Assembly (NCBI GenBank): GCA_963575745.1
Contig: CAUYUJ010000002.1
Coordinates: 1,302,001 to 1,366,000 of the forward strand
Direction of reading: 5' to 3'
DNA: 64,000 nucleotides
Origin: Prorocentrum cordatum
Lineage: Eukaryota
Shown here: in pieces, positions 48,351-60,801 of the stretch
How positions within the stretch are numbered: the first letter of the stretch is position 1
Layout: every line of letters begins with the position of its first letter
Translations under genes and position numbers: made by a program
The notes under the pieces: generated by a model
What the model was told of the DNA's origin: nothing
The model's database searches: none
Seen by the model: the letters and a program-made list of their open reading frames with translations, nothing else

Positions 48351-49143
48351 AGTAACACGAGCGGTCAGCAGGGGGCAGCAGGAGGAGGATGAGGAGAAGC
48401 TAGCTGGGGTGGAAAGTGAGGAGTGAGGAGTAGCATGAGGAGCACGATGAGGTCCATTGGAACCCTATTCCCGATGAATTGGAATAGCAGGCAGGAAAAT
48501 CTGAACTGGTTTGGGACTGCGCGACATTCCCAAAAAGATATTTTGAGAGGGGAGCAGGGCCCCAACACGCTAGCGTGTACTATGGAACTCTCGTTTTGAG
48601 GCGAATTGAGAAACATTGAGACGGATTGAGAGAATTTGAGATCTTTTGAGAGAAATTGAGATATAATTCTCCGTTCAAACCGTGGATTAAGAGAAAATGA
48701 GACGAGAAAGGCGGTCCAGTTGAGGACAATTGAGACCGTTTGCGGCGTCCAATCGAAATTTTCAAAAGGGTTTGATGGCAATGCGATTTGGGAGCATGAG
48801 GAAAGCAGCAGAAGGATGGGCGGCAGGAGAAGCAGACGGCGAGGACCCGATGGCATAGACCATGGCAACTGGAGCCAAAACATATTTCCCAAACGAGGGC
48901 AAACGGTGGAGGATGCACATGCCACAGGGCCTTGTGCTCGTTAGGGGCGCGCTAGAATGCCAAGGGCTGTCGGGCACGCTTTCTGCAAGTCTTCTCAGGG
49001 GCTGCCGCCACCCCTCTCGCCGCAGAGCGCCGCATGCATCGGGCCCCGCTTCCCCAGTGAAGAATGACTAATATTCACTCCCGCAACAAGGATCCTCCGT
49101 GGAAGTACATCAGGTCCACGCACTCGCGGCAACGATTCCTCGC

Positions 49144-50333
49144 AAATTTGCCTGGAGATAGCCCTCACCACATGCAGCTGTGGGTTCCGCAATTGTGAAT
49201 ATTTCATCTTCGATGGGGCTCCACACGGGTCCACGAAGCGCTGTCCTGGGTGGGGGAACCGCATGCGAGTGCAGCCACCGGGGCCTTCGGTGGAGCTCCC
49301 GATCGAGCCGAGAAACGCGGCCCTGGGCAAAGGAACCGCATGCGAGTGCAGCCATTGGGGCCTTGGGTGGAGCTCCCTACGGGGCCACGAAACGCTGTCC
49401 TGGGTGGGGGGGACCGCATCCGAGTACAGCCACAAGGGCCTTCGGCGGAATCCCCGACTGAGCCGAAAAACTTGGTCCTGGATGGGGGGACCGCATGCGA
49501 GTGCAGCCACTTGGCCTTCGATGGAGTTTCCGATTGAGCCGAGGAACGCGGTCCTGGGCGGAGGGAACCGCATGCGAGTGCAGCCACTGGGGCCTCGTCG
49601 GAGCTCCCGACGGGGCCACGAAGCGCTGTCCTGGGCGGAGGGAGCCGCATGCATGTCCGGCCACATGGGCCTTCGGCGGAACTCTCGATGAGGCCACGAA
49701 GCGCTGGCGTGAGTGTTGGAACCGCATGCGAGTGCAGCCACAGGGGCCTTCTGCGGGGCTCCCCATGGGGCCAAGAAACGCTGTCCTGGGTCGGAGGTCC
49801 GCGTGCTAGTGCAGCCACCGGAGCCTTCGGTGGAGCCCATATATGGGGCCACGTAGCGCTGTCCTGGGTGGTAGAACCGCATGCGAATGCAGCCACCAGG
49901 GCCTTCGGTGGGGCTCCCCATGGGGCCACGAAATGCGGTCGTGGGTGGGGACACGCCTGCGAATGCAACCACTGGGGCCGTCGGTGGAGCTCCCGACGGG
50001 GCCACGAGGGGAGGCGATCGCATGCGAGTGCAGCCGCTCGGGCCCTAGGTGGAGCTCCTTATTCGGGCTACGGAACGCCGGCCTGAGTGGGGGAACCCCA
50101 TGCTACTGCAGCCGTTGGGGCTCTCGGTAGCAACCCCTATGGCGCCACGAAACGCAGTGCAGCCACTGGGGCCTTCGGCGGAGACCCCTACAGAGCCCCG
50201 AAACGTTCTCCAGTGTGCGGGGGACGCATGGTTGAAAAGGGAGGAGGGAGAAGGGGGCGAGGCGGTGAGGAGGAAGGAACGCGGGGCACCCTTTTTGAAA
50301 CGAGAACCTATAAAGCCACAAGATGGTTGAGAG
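49144..50333 (-). mobile_element. Helentron-like H6: non-coding element with both ends and an internal ~90-bp array
   Basis: Degenerate 3' end at 49144-49180. About 11 degenerate units. The 5' leader (reverse complement of GAAACGAG...CCACAAGATGGTTGAG) is at 50298-50331. Confidence 0.7.
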
Positions 50334-51503
50334 AGGCGACGCTGGCGAAGAACAAATTGGGGGATGGCCCCCCAGAACCGCTTCCAAACCCGGGCATTCC
50401 GAAAACATCGGCCCCTTGACCCAGAGCAAAAAAGATATTGATCCCGCCGGTCTCGTTCCAAAGCGCACAATCGCAATGGCGTGTCCAGACGTAGAAAAGC
50501 CAGGCCCCAACCGCTTCAGTCACACGCAAAGCCAACCCAGAGCGACATCGAGGCGTTTTCAAACTGCCGCATGGGCGAAACGTATGGGGGAAACTTTCAC
50601 ATGCGCAGGCCGCCTTCCGAGAAACAAAAAGACGACCTCGCACCAGCAAGCGCGTTCAACTTTCGCCCCCCCCCCGTTGACGCCACCCCCAAGTGGAGCT
50701 GAAGGAAGTTCTGCGTTTCGCTCCAACGGCTCGACAAATGCCCAGCCCATGCTGGCCACCGTGTGCGGCAATGTTACCCATGTCCTCCTAGATTGTGAAG
50801 TACGGACCCTTCGCTCGCCATGCCAGGAACTGATGGCAAACATGGTTAACTGCGAAGCGGGTGCGACATTATTAGCCGTCATGCTCGGCAGCCGCAACTC
50901 TCTCGTGGCCGCGCGCCTAGCGCTCAACAGTGTCAAGATTGCTACGGACGAGGAGGACCAGGATAACGACAACGGGGACGGCGCGGAGGACCAAGGGGAG
51001 GAGCAGCAGGAGGATTTCGACGACGACGGCGACACAAGCCGCCGTCTCCGGCTGGGTTCAAGGGCACGCTCTCGCTGGAGCCGAGGAAAATGCAGACCGC
51101 CTTCATCATGTGCGGATTTCCTCTCAGGGGAGGGAGTTGGGGGAGGAATGGGCAGGGGAGGGGGGAACGGCAGAAGAGAAGGGGAAGGGGTCGGTAATAA
51201 AGGGTGTGTTGTCCGGGGCGAGGGGGCGCACGGGGGATGAAGGAGGAAAGAGGAGGAGGACATAGATGAAACTGTATGGATATACAGGATGAAACTGTAT
51301 GGATATACAGGTACCAGTATGACCATCATAAGATCACGTGAGAGCTAATTCTGCAGCTTGAAGGGTACGGCATGCAAAACACTTTATATAATACACGAGC
51401 GTGTTGGTACAATCATAACAATGAATGGATAGATACATATATATACACATCGTACGTTTACAAGATGTCACCGGCTCGCTGCGCTTCGCCTTTACAATCA
51501 GAA

Positions 51504-52697
51504 GGCTCATAGGGCTCACAGGGCTCAAAGGGCATATAGGGCTCATGAGCTCGTAGGGCTCCGAGGGTACATAGGGATTATAGGGTTCAGACGGCTCATA
51601 GGCCTCATAGGGCTCCAAGGACTCATAAGGCTCAGAGGGCTCAGAGTGCTCATAGGGCTCATAGGGCTCATAGGGCTCATAGAGCTCATAGGGTTCATAG
51701 GGCTCATAGGGCTCATAGGGCTCATAGGGCTCGTAGAGTTCATGTGCCTCATAGGGCCATTAGGCCTCATGCGGCTCATGGGTCTTACAGGGGTCGTAGA
51801 GCTGAGAGGGCTCATAAGGGTCATAGGGCTCATCGCGCTCATAGCGCTCATGGGGCTCATAAGGTTCATGGGGACCTTGAGGCTCATAGGGCTCATCGGA
51901 CTCATGGGTCTCATAGGGCGCATAGGGCTTACAGGGCACATGGTACTCATAGGATTCATAGGGCTCATAGGGCTCATGAAGCTCATAGGGCTCATAAAGT
52001 TCATAGGTCTCACAGGGCTCAGAGGGCACAGGGGGCTCAATTGACTCATAGGGCTCACAGGGCTCACTCACAAGGCTCAGAGAGCTCAGAAGGCTCGAAG
52101 GGCTTATAGGGCTCAAAGGCCTCACAGGGCTCATAGGGCTCATAGTGCTCACACGGCTCATAGGGCTCGGTTGGCTCGAAGGGTTTATAGGGCTCAAAGG
52201 CCTTACAGGGCTCATAGTGCTCATAATGCTCACAGGGCTCACAAGGCTCTCAGGGCTCAGTGGGCTCGTGGGGCACATGGGGCTCAAAGGGCTCATAGGG
52301 CTCAGTGGGCTCAGAAGGCTCTTCGTGTTCGTAGGGCTCATAGGGCTCATAGTAGTGATGGTGGTCATAGGGCTCATAATGCTCACAGCACTCATGGGGC
52401 TCAGAGGGCTCAAGGGGCTAGAACGCCTCATAGGACTCATATGGCTCATAAGGCTAAGAGGGTCATAGGGATCACAGGGCTCGTAAGGTTCATAGGGCTC
52501 ATAGGGCTCATAGAGCTCATAGAGCTCATAGGGCTCATAGGGCTTATAGGGCACATTGGATTCATAGGCTCATAGGGCTCACAGGGCTCATAGGGCTCAC
52601 AGGACAGGGCTTACAGGGCGCAGAGGGCTTCTAGGGCTCAAAAGCCTAATGGTGCTCATAGGGCTCATAATGCGCATAGGGCTCTAAGGCCTCATAG
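51504..52697. repeat. 9-bp minisatellite (AGGGCTCAT)n, degenerate
   Basis: Direct inspection; explains the SPM/YEP/GLI ORFs. Confidence 0.97.
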
Positions 52698-53639
52698 AGG
52701 GTCGGGAAATGGAAGAGGGTGAGCAGTAGTGAAAAGGTAAGGGAGCGGAAGCAGCAGGTGATGAAGCATGAGTGCAAAAAGCGGGAGGACGAAGAGCCAG
52801 AGAAGTTGCGAAGCAGAAGAAGGCAGAAGGTGGTGGAGGAGGAGGAGGAGGAGGGGGAGGAGATAGCGGGGGAAGAGAGACGAAGAGCTAAACGAATGCG
52901 TGGAAAAGGCGGAAAGACCTCGAGAAGTGATGTGCCCCAATCGAGAGGGCCTCGGCAGTGTTCTCTCGCGATATCCTGCTGCTCGTTCGGCGTGCGGTCT
53001 GGGGAAGGTCGGAAAAGCAAGAGCGTGCAGATGTGTGAGCTCAAACGAGGTGAAAGGCTTTACCTTTGGGAACATTGAGGACCTCCGCGGGACCGGCCGT
53101 GAAACGATCCTGGGCCCCTGTCGGGTTTTTTTGAGCAGACGCGCGGCCATCCTGTGCCGTCCTGGGGCTCTTTTGAACTGTGTTGTGGAGATTGGGTCGC
53201 CCTGGGGCCCTCTCGAACTCTGTCTTGGGTCCTCTTGGGGACCTCCTGTGGCTTTATTTGGGCTCTCTTGGGAGCCGTTTGAGAAGTACCAGGGGCCGTC
53301 TTGGGCCATTTGGGGCTCTCTGGGGCCGTCTTGGACTCTTTTGGTCCAAGACGGGCGTTCTGTAGCGCTCCGGGACCGCTTCGGAGCTCCGCCGGACCGG
53401 TCGCGAAATGATCCTGGACCCGCTCGGCCGACGTAGGATGGCCTGAAAGGGCTCCCGGACCCGAAAATTCGAAGTTCACGACGGTGGGAGCCCCCAGGGC
53501 CGAATCCCACCAGCCCTTTAGGGCGTAGGTGGTCTAGAGCGTTTCCTCTGCCAACCCCCCTTCTTTCCCTTCGGGGAGGGGTTTACCCCTCCCCTTACCC
53601 CTCCCCACTGACCTGGACGGGGCGTTCCGCGACGCGTTG

Positions 53640-55995
53640 GGACGCCCAAGATGGCCCAAGACTGCTCCAAGAGCGAAAAGGCGAGAAAGCACAAAACATT
53701 GATTTTCCTTAGGTTTTGGAAGGATTTTGGCCTCTTGGGGGGGCCCAAGAGGCGATCCGAGGCACTCTAGAGGGGCGAGGCTAATTGAGGCTCCCCCCTT
53801 CTTTGATATATATTCCCAACATGGCCCCAAGAGCGCCCCGAAGGCTCCCAAGAGCGCCCCAAGAGCGCCCCAAGAGCGCCCCAAGAGGGCCCCAAGAGGC
53901 GCCCAAGATGCCTCCAAGAGGCTCCCAAGAGACTCCCAAGAGGCCCCAAGAGAATCCAATATGGCCCAAGACGGCTCCAAGAGCGAAAAGGCGAGAAAGC
54001 AAAAAACAATGATTTTCTGTAGGTTTTGGACGGGTTTTGGCTTCTTGGGGGGGGGCCCAAGAGGCGACTCGAGGCACTCTAGAGGGGCGGGGCTAATTAA
54101 AGCTCCACCCTTCTTTGATAGATCTCCTCCAAGATGGCGCCATGAGCACCCCGAAGGCACCCAAGAGCGCCCCAAGAGCGCCCCAAGAGAACCCCAAGAG
54201 GCTCCAAGAGACGCCAAGAGGCGCCCAAGAGGCCTCCAAAAGGCTCCCAAGAGACCCCCAAGAGGCCCCAAGAGGCTCCCAAGATGGCCCAAGAAGGCTC
54301 CAAGAGCGAAAATGCGAGAAAGCAAAAAACATTGATTTTCCATAGGTTTTGTAAGGATTTTGGCCTCTTGGGGAGCCCAAGAGGCGACTCGAGGCACTCT
54401 AGAGGGGCAGCGCTAATTGGGGACCCCCCCTTCTTTGATAGATCTCCTCCAAGATGGCCCCAAGAGCGCCTCGAAGGCTCCCAAGAGCGCCCCAAGAGCG
54501 TCCCAAGAGGGCCCCAAGAGGCCCCAAAAGGCTCCCAAGAGGCCTCCAAGAGGCCCCCAAGAGACCCCCAAGAGGCCGCAAGAGGCTCCCCGAGATACGC
54601 AAGAGGCCCCCGGGAACGCCAAGAGGCCCCAAAGACGGCCCAAGAGGCCCCCAAGCTCGCCATTGTCCTCCTCCTCCTCCTCTTTTTCTTCCTCCTCCCT
54701 CCTCCCCCTCCCCCTCCTCCTCCTCCTCCTCCTCCTCCTTTTCCTTTTCCTCCTTCTCGTCCTCCTCGTCCTCGCAGTCCTCCATATCCTCCTCCTTATC
54801 CTCCTTCTCCTCCTCCGCTTGCTCCTCCTCGCGCTCCTCCTCCTACTCCTCCTCTTCCTCCTCCTACTCCGACGACGACGGCTCCTCCTACATCCTCCCC
54901 CTCTTGGGGGATATGGCGGCTCACCCCGCCCTTTGTTCTTCTGCATGCTCCCCCGCTCGCCCCAAGAGGGGCCCCAAGAAACTCCAAGAAGCGCCCCAGA
55001 GGCTTCCAGGATGATCCCAAGAGACTCCCAAGATGCCAAAATCCATCCAAAACTCTGCAAATCAACGTTTTTGGCTTTCTCGCTTTTTCGCTTCCAATGG
55101 CCATCCGAGGCCTGAAGATGGCTCCAAGATGGCCCAAGAAGGCACCAAGAGAAGCCCAAGAGAGCTCCAAGACGGCCCCAAGAGCGCCCAGGAGCGCTCC
55201 AAGATTGCCCCAAGAGCGCCCCAAGAGCGCCCCAAGAAGGCCCCAAGAGGCCCCAAGAGGCCCCCAAGATGCCCCCAAGAGGCTCCCAAGAGATCCCCAA
55301 GAGGCCTAAATATGCTCCCAAGATGGCCCAAGACGGCTCCAAGAGCGAAAAGGCGAGAAAGCAAAAAACATTGATTTTCCTTAGGTTTTGGACGGAATTT
55401 GGCCTCTAGGAAGGCCCAAGAGGCGATTCGAGGCACTCTAGAGGGGCAACGCTAATAAGCAACCCCCCCTTCTTTGATAGATCTCCTCCAAGATGGCCCC
55501 AAGAGCGCCCCGAAAGCTCCCAAGAGCGCCCCAAGAGCGCCCCAAGAGGCCCCAAGAGGCCCCCAAGAGGCCTCCAAGAGGCCTCCAAGAGACTCCCAAA
55601 AGGCCACAAGAAGCTCCCCGAGATACGCAAGAGGCCTCCGGGACCGCCAAGAGGCCCCAAAGACGGCCCAAGAGGCCCCCAAGCTCGCCATTGTCCTCCT
55701 CCTCCTCCTCTTTTTCTCCCTCCTCCCTCCTCCCCCTCCCCCTCCTCCGCCTCCTCCTTCTCCTCCTCCTCCTCCTCCTTCTCGTCCTCCTCGTCCTCGC
55801 CCTCCTCCATCTCCTCCTCCTCATCTTCCTCCTCCTCCTCCTCCTCCTCCTCCCCCTCCCCCTCCTCCTCCTGCTCCTCCTCCTGCTCCTCGTCTTCCTC
55901 CTCCTACTCCGACGACGACGACTCCTCCTACATCCTCCCCCTCTTGGGGCGTATGGCGGCTCAACCCGCTCTTTGTTCTTCTGCATGCTCCCCCG
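53640..55995. repeat. Hierarchical satellite: 11-bp CCCAAGAG(GCC) units inside ~310-320-bp units inside a ~1.04-kb duplication
   Basis: ATGGCCCAAGA...GAGCGAAAA...GGCACTCTAGAGGGGC block at ~53650, ~53960, ~54283 and ~55322. 54281-54955 is repeated at 55320-55995. Confidence 0.93.
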
Positions 55996-56111
55996 CTTCC
56001 CTCATCACCTCCACTCCCCAGGGCCCATTTCTGGACGGGCTGGTGGGGATACGCGAAGCGTCTAGAATTTCTGTATGTGGGGGGGGTCCCTTATAATAAT
56101 ATTCAAGAAGG

Positions 56112-56440
56112 CATACATATATGTATGTATATATATGCGTATCTATGTGTATGTATACATACAGCCATACATACATCACATTTTACTCTACACTATATTA
56201 AATTACCTTACATTACCTTACCTTACCTTGCCTTACCGTACATTTCACTACACCACATTACATTACATTACATTACATTACATTACATTACATTACATTA
56301 CATTACCTTACCTTACCTTACCTTACCTTACATTCCATTCCATTCCATTCCAGTACAGTACATTACATTACATTACATTACATTACATACACACCTACAT
56401 ACATGTATATATACATATACATACAGACATATGTACACTC
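56112..56440. repeat. AT-rich (TA)-type and (TACAT/TACCT)n pentamer microsatellite
   Basis: Direct inspection. Confidence 0.95.
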
Positions 56441-57070
56441 ACGTTGCTGCACGCATCATGGTCCCACCATCCTCCTGGAAGACCGAAGCAAAAACGCATC
56501 GATTGCTCTGCCGTGTGGACGTGTTGTGGCGTGTGGCGTGTCGATGAAATTGTGGCCTGTGTAATGGGGCGGTGTGCTGGTGAGGCTGCGGGTGTGGTCC
56601 GTGGTGCGTTGTTTTCTGCGTGGTGTGCAATCGAAGCGTGGCGTGTGTGGTGTTGTGTTGTACAGAGTGGAGAGGTGAATGTGGATATGCTGTTGAAGCG
56701 GGGCGTGCGGTGACGGATGGGCGGGCGGCGGGCGGCTCATGGCTACTTCCTTAGAACCTAAGTAGTGAGCGCAACGCCTCGTGTTCCAACGATATCACAC
56801 TCCGTTTGCCCTCCTCGTGTTCGTACGTTACTGCACTCATGCGCAACCACTTCGTCCGTCGCGGCACGGCAGAGGCCCGGCAATCCGCACGGGCGCTCGC
56901 AGGAGCCGAGGACGCTCGACGCACCGATGGTCCGGATGCAGGAGGGGAGGCGCGGGAAGGCAGCGCGCCCGCGGAGAGATCGGGGAGGGGCAGGGCACCC
57001 ACTGGTGAGAGAATTCTACGGCGAGCGCGCCAGTGCGGCCAGCCAGGGCTGCCTCATGCTCAGACTGAAG

Positions 57071-57227
57071 GGGCCCAGGGACACACAAATAAGTAGACAC
57101 AAATAACGGGGATGCCCAATATTTTCCTGTAATTTCCAGCTTTTTGTCTTCCCCCCCACTTCCTGTATGTTCCCATATGTTCTGGGGAATCGACGATTCA
57201 TTGTGTCTGTTTTTTCTCCCCTCCTGA
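57071..57227 (+). repeat. Dispersed ~155-bp repeat, copy 2
   Basis: Collinear with 45895-46049. Confidence 0.7.
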
Positions 57228-58547
57228 CAGACGCATTCGTGAGTCACACCAGCCGCACCCATGCTGAGAGCAGCACTCGAAACTACAGACCCGCGCACGC
57301 AGACTCAACCACACTCAGGCTCAATCACACACAGACGCATTCAGACATTACAGTCAGACTTGACTGGACAGGGCACGCGAGAGGACACAAGACCCTTCCG
57401 AGTGCCACATTGTCGTAGGAATGTAGGAGGTATAGGTCGCGAGACACAGGACACAAAGGGTACCCTTGATTTGGCAGGATCGACCTACTAATCAGTGCCG
57501 ACTGTACTCACACTCGGACTCCTCACGGGGGACCACTGCTCACCGCGATATCGCAGGCGTGGCACCTGGGGCACCCCTGGGAGGAGCCGCCAGGGAAGGG
57601 GGCCTGGTACACTTCGGCTCAGGTCTCGGGCCTCTGGCAGCCTCTCGGGACGACCCAGGCACCCCCGGGAACGCTCTCGACGAGGCGCGGCTGCTGAAGA
57701 GCATCCCGGGGCGAGGAAGCATGCGAGAACCAAGCCCCGACCCCCTCCGAGGCTGCCGAGGCCTGCCGAGGCTGCTCCCTCCGCGACCGGGAGAGGGGCG
57801 GGCACGACCCCGGCGCTCGCGAGGAGAACGCAGGCGGAGGCGCAGGAGATGAGGGGAGAGAGAGAGAGAGAGAACGAGACAGGAGACGAGGAGAGACAGA
57901 GAGGGAGAGAGAGAGTGATGAGGGGGATCGCAGGAGGGAGAGCATGCGAGAACCCAGCTGACAACGGCCTGCGCCCCCCCAAGCCTCACCCCCCCCCTCT
58001 CGGCCTCCTCCGACGGAGCCTCTGTCCTTTTACGCCCCCTGGGACAGGAAGGGGCGGGCACCCCACCGCGCGCGGGCGGGCGGGCGGGCTCCCGGGGGCT
58101 CCCACGAGAGAGAGGGAGGCGGGGAGATGGGGCTGGAAGCATGTACGGAATTCTGGATACTGCGAACGATGGGAAACCCATAGCCAGACGACTGCCTATT
58201 GCGACCAGGTCGGCCACGAGATAACACCAAAGCTTGCCTGTGGCCTGGCCTGCTCAGCTTCTGTGAGCCTTAGGCCAGGCCACCTTGCAGCTCCAACGCG
58301 GCAGCACTACGCGCGAAGATGGGTCCCCTTGCTTGGCGAAACGTTGGAGCACATCGCTTCCGCATGCAACGCAGAACCAAATTCCGAGGAGGGTGGGAGA
58401 GAGGGGGAGAGGAAGAGAGGCAGGTAGGGAGGAGGAGGAGGAGGAGGAGAAAGTGGGGGGTGGGAGGACGAGAGAGGGGGCCATGTGTGGTTCCTGCGCC
58501 CGCGCCCCCCCTACCCACGAGAGGATGCGGAAAGGGATAAGGGGGGG

Positions 58548-58605
58548 GTCATCATCACAGCAGCATCATCATTATCATCAGCATCAGCATCAGCATCAGC
58601 ATCAG

Positions 58606-58657
<52 letters not shown>

Positions 58658-58895
58658 GTCATCAGCATCCTCATCCTCATCCTCATCCTCATCCTCATCC
58701 TCATCCTCATCCTCATCCTCATCCTCATCCTCATCATCCTCATCCTCATCCTCATCCTCATCCTCATCCTCAGCATCATCATCATCATCGTCATCATCAC
58801 CACCATCACCACCACCACCATCATCATCATCAGCAGCATCAGCATCAGCATCAGCAGCAGCATCAGCATCAACATCATCAACATCATCGTCACCG

Positions 58896-58941
<46 letters not shown>
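58548..58941. repeat. (CAT)n/(CATCCT)n microsatellite
   Basis: Direct inspection. Confidence 0.97.
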
Positions 58942-59139
58942 GTCCCCCTGTCGGAAGGGTCCTGGACCGTGATATGGTTTGTCGAGGAGCCTCCCTACCC
59001 TTATGTTATCCAGGGCCATTTTTCCCTACCTAGGCTCTGCCTAGAAGGGTTCTTACTCTCTAGCTTAATGGGGCCGGGCAGTGGAAAGCGCCCCGGGCGG
59101 TTCCCCCAGTCCCCGCCCCGCGGTTCCCCCAGTCGCGCC

Positions 59140-59690
59140 CCCTTAGCTTGGCTTAGCTTATCTCGTCTTAGCTTGGCTTAGCTTAGCTTGGCTTAGCTTA
59201 GCTTAGCTTAGCTTGGCTTACCTTAGCTTAGCTTAGCTTAGCCTAGCTTAGCTTAGCCTAATGTAGCTTAGCTTAGCGTAGCAAAGCATAGCATGGCATA
59301 GCATAGCACAGCATAGCATAACATAGCACAGTATTGCATAGCATTGCTTAGCATAGCGCCCCCTTAGCTTGGCTTAGCTTATCTCGTCTTAGCTTAGCTT
59401 GGCTTAGCTTAGCTCGGCTTATCTTAGCTTAGCTTAGCTTTGCTTAGCTTAGCTTAGCTTAGCCTAATGTAGCTTAGCTTAGCGTAGCATAGCATAGCAT
59501 ATCACAGCATAGCATAACATAGCACAGTCTTGCATAGCATAGCTGTAGCTTAGCTGTAGCTTAGCTGTAGCTTAGCTGTAGCTTAGCTTTAGCTTAGCGT
59601 TAGCTTTGCTTCAGCTTAGCTTCAGCTTAGCTCCAGCTTAGCTTTAGCTTAGCTGTAGCTTAGCTTTAGCTTAGCATTAGCTTAGCTTTA
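59140..59690. repeat. (CTTAG)n/(CATAG)n pentamer satellite with a ~220-bp internal duplication
   Basis: GCGCCCCCTTAGCTTGGCTTAGCTTATCTCGTCTTAG occurs at ~59134 and ~59357. Confidence 0.95.
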
Positions 59691-59733
59691 CTGCTACTAA
59701 TAATGATGCTTTCCTAGGGGCTCCGACTCCTAG

Positions 59734-60801
59734 GTAGGGTCGCACTGGGATACTTTTATTGACGGGTCCTGTCGTAGGCATACCATAAAAGAGCTGAGCA
59801 GAGCCGCTTGGTCTTGCACTGCATTTGAGAATGGAATTGGACAATGTGAAATGCGTTATCCTATCCACGCGTCCTTGCCTCAGACCCCGCAATGTGCCGA
59901 GTTTTCGGGGTTCACGGGTGCCACCATGTGCCTTGGGGGCCCCTCGGACCTCTACACTGACTGTATGAATGTTCCGCAGCAGTACATCGTCCCTCTAGGT
60001 GCCCTGTCGGACTATAAGCGTGTCTATGCGGGTCACATGAACCAAGCTAGGTACGACGACGGTGTTAAGCACATCCAGTCGGTCAGCAACGTGAACGCCC
60101 ACTTGTCGCTGAACGAACCTGGGTTGACCGACGAGGAGCTGTTTAGACGTGTCGGAAACAAATGTGCAGATGAAGGGGCCGAAGAGGCGTTGAACCTGCA
60201 CCCTTGTGACAGGCTAGACGACATCGATCGCCACGTAAAGTATGTTTCGGCCTTTCGTATTTTGGCGATGAAACGTTTGCCGTGCTTCCCCTCCCTGCGT
60301 GAAGATGGGGATGTAGAGTATGTGGCACCTCCTCGGCCAAACAGAGATCCCAAAGTTATGTGTTCCTGGGTCTGGGCCGCTAATTTATGGAGATGTGCTG
60401 TGTGCTGCAAGGCTACCAGAACTGAGACTGTCCAGAGCGTCATGTCTGGGCAGGGAGGCCAACCCCACCCTCGTGTCTGCTCAGGTGTAGTGGTTGGCCT
60501 AGACATGGATAGGATCAACAACAATAACCACACTGTGGTTTGGTTCGCATGCTCGAACAATTCTAACCTTTTTACCTGTGTACACTGCACTGCGTCTTTT
60601 AGCACGTCACCATTGAAGAGCAACCTCTATTTGAAGAGGTGCGATCGAAAAATTGACCTCAAGAGACAATACGTTTGGAGGAAAGTGCTTCTCGGGAAGC
60701 ACCCACACCAGCCTGGAGTTCGAATGTGGACTACCGAACGCAGCCTGGCCGCGCGGCCACCAGCGGAGGATGGCGTTGTCGAGTCAGCCTCTTCCGATTG
60801 A
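59734..60801 (+). pseudogene. LINE-C ORF2 C-terminal fragment: RNase H plus Cys/His tail
   Basis: In frame upstream of the listed ATG is DTFIDGSC...ELSRAAW (59749 onward). Then PQTPQCAE, LYTDC, VNAH, GNKCAD, WRCAVC, FTCVHC and GKHP. Confidence 0.88.

Noticed and set aside
50357..50692. MITE bounded by TTGGGGG(A)TGGC / GCCACCCCCAA
   Set aside because: The inverted repeat is short and low complexity, with no TSD.
50323..51240. 305-aa ORF as a gene
   Set aside because: It spans an element end, unique sequence and a low-complexity tail, with no recognisable motif.
51543..55810. Repeat proteins (SPM/YEP/GLI and PQEAPR-type ORFs)
   Set aside because: The 9-bp and 11-bp satellites are open in several frames on both strands, with no sign of a preferred frame.
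59140..59690. Telomeric repeat
   Set aside because: The unit is TTAGC/ATAGC, not TTTAGGG/TTAGGG. It is degenerate and interstitial.
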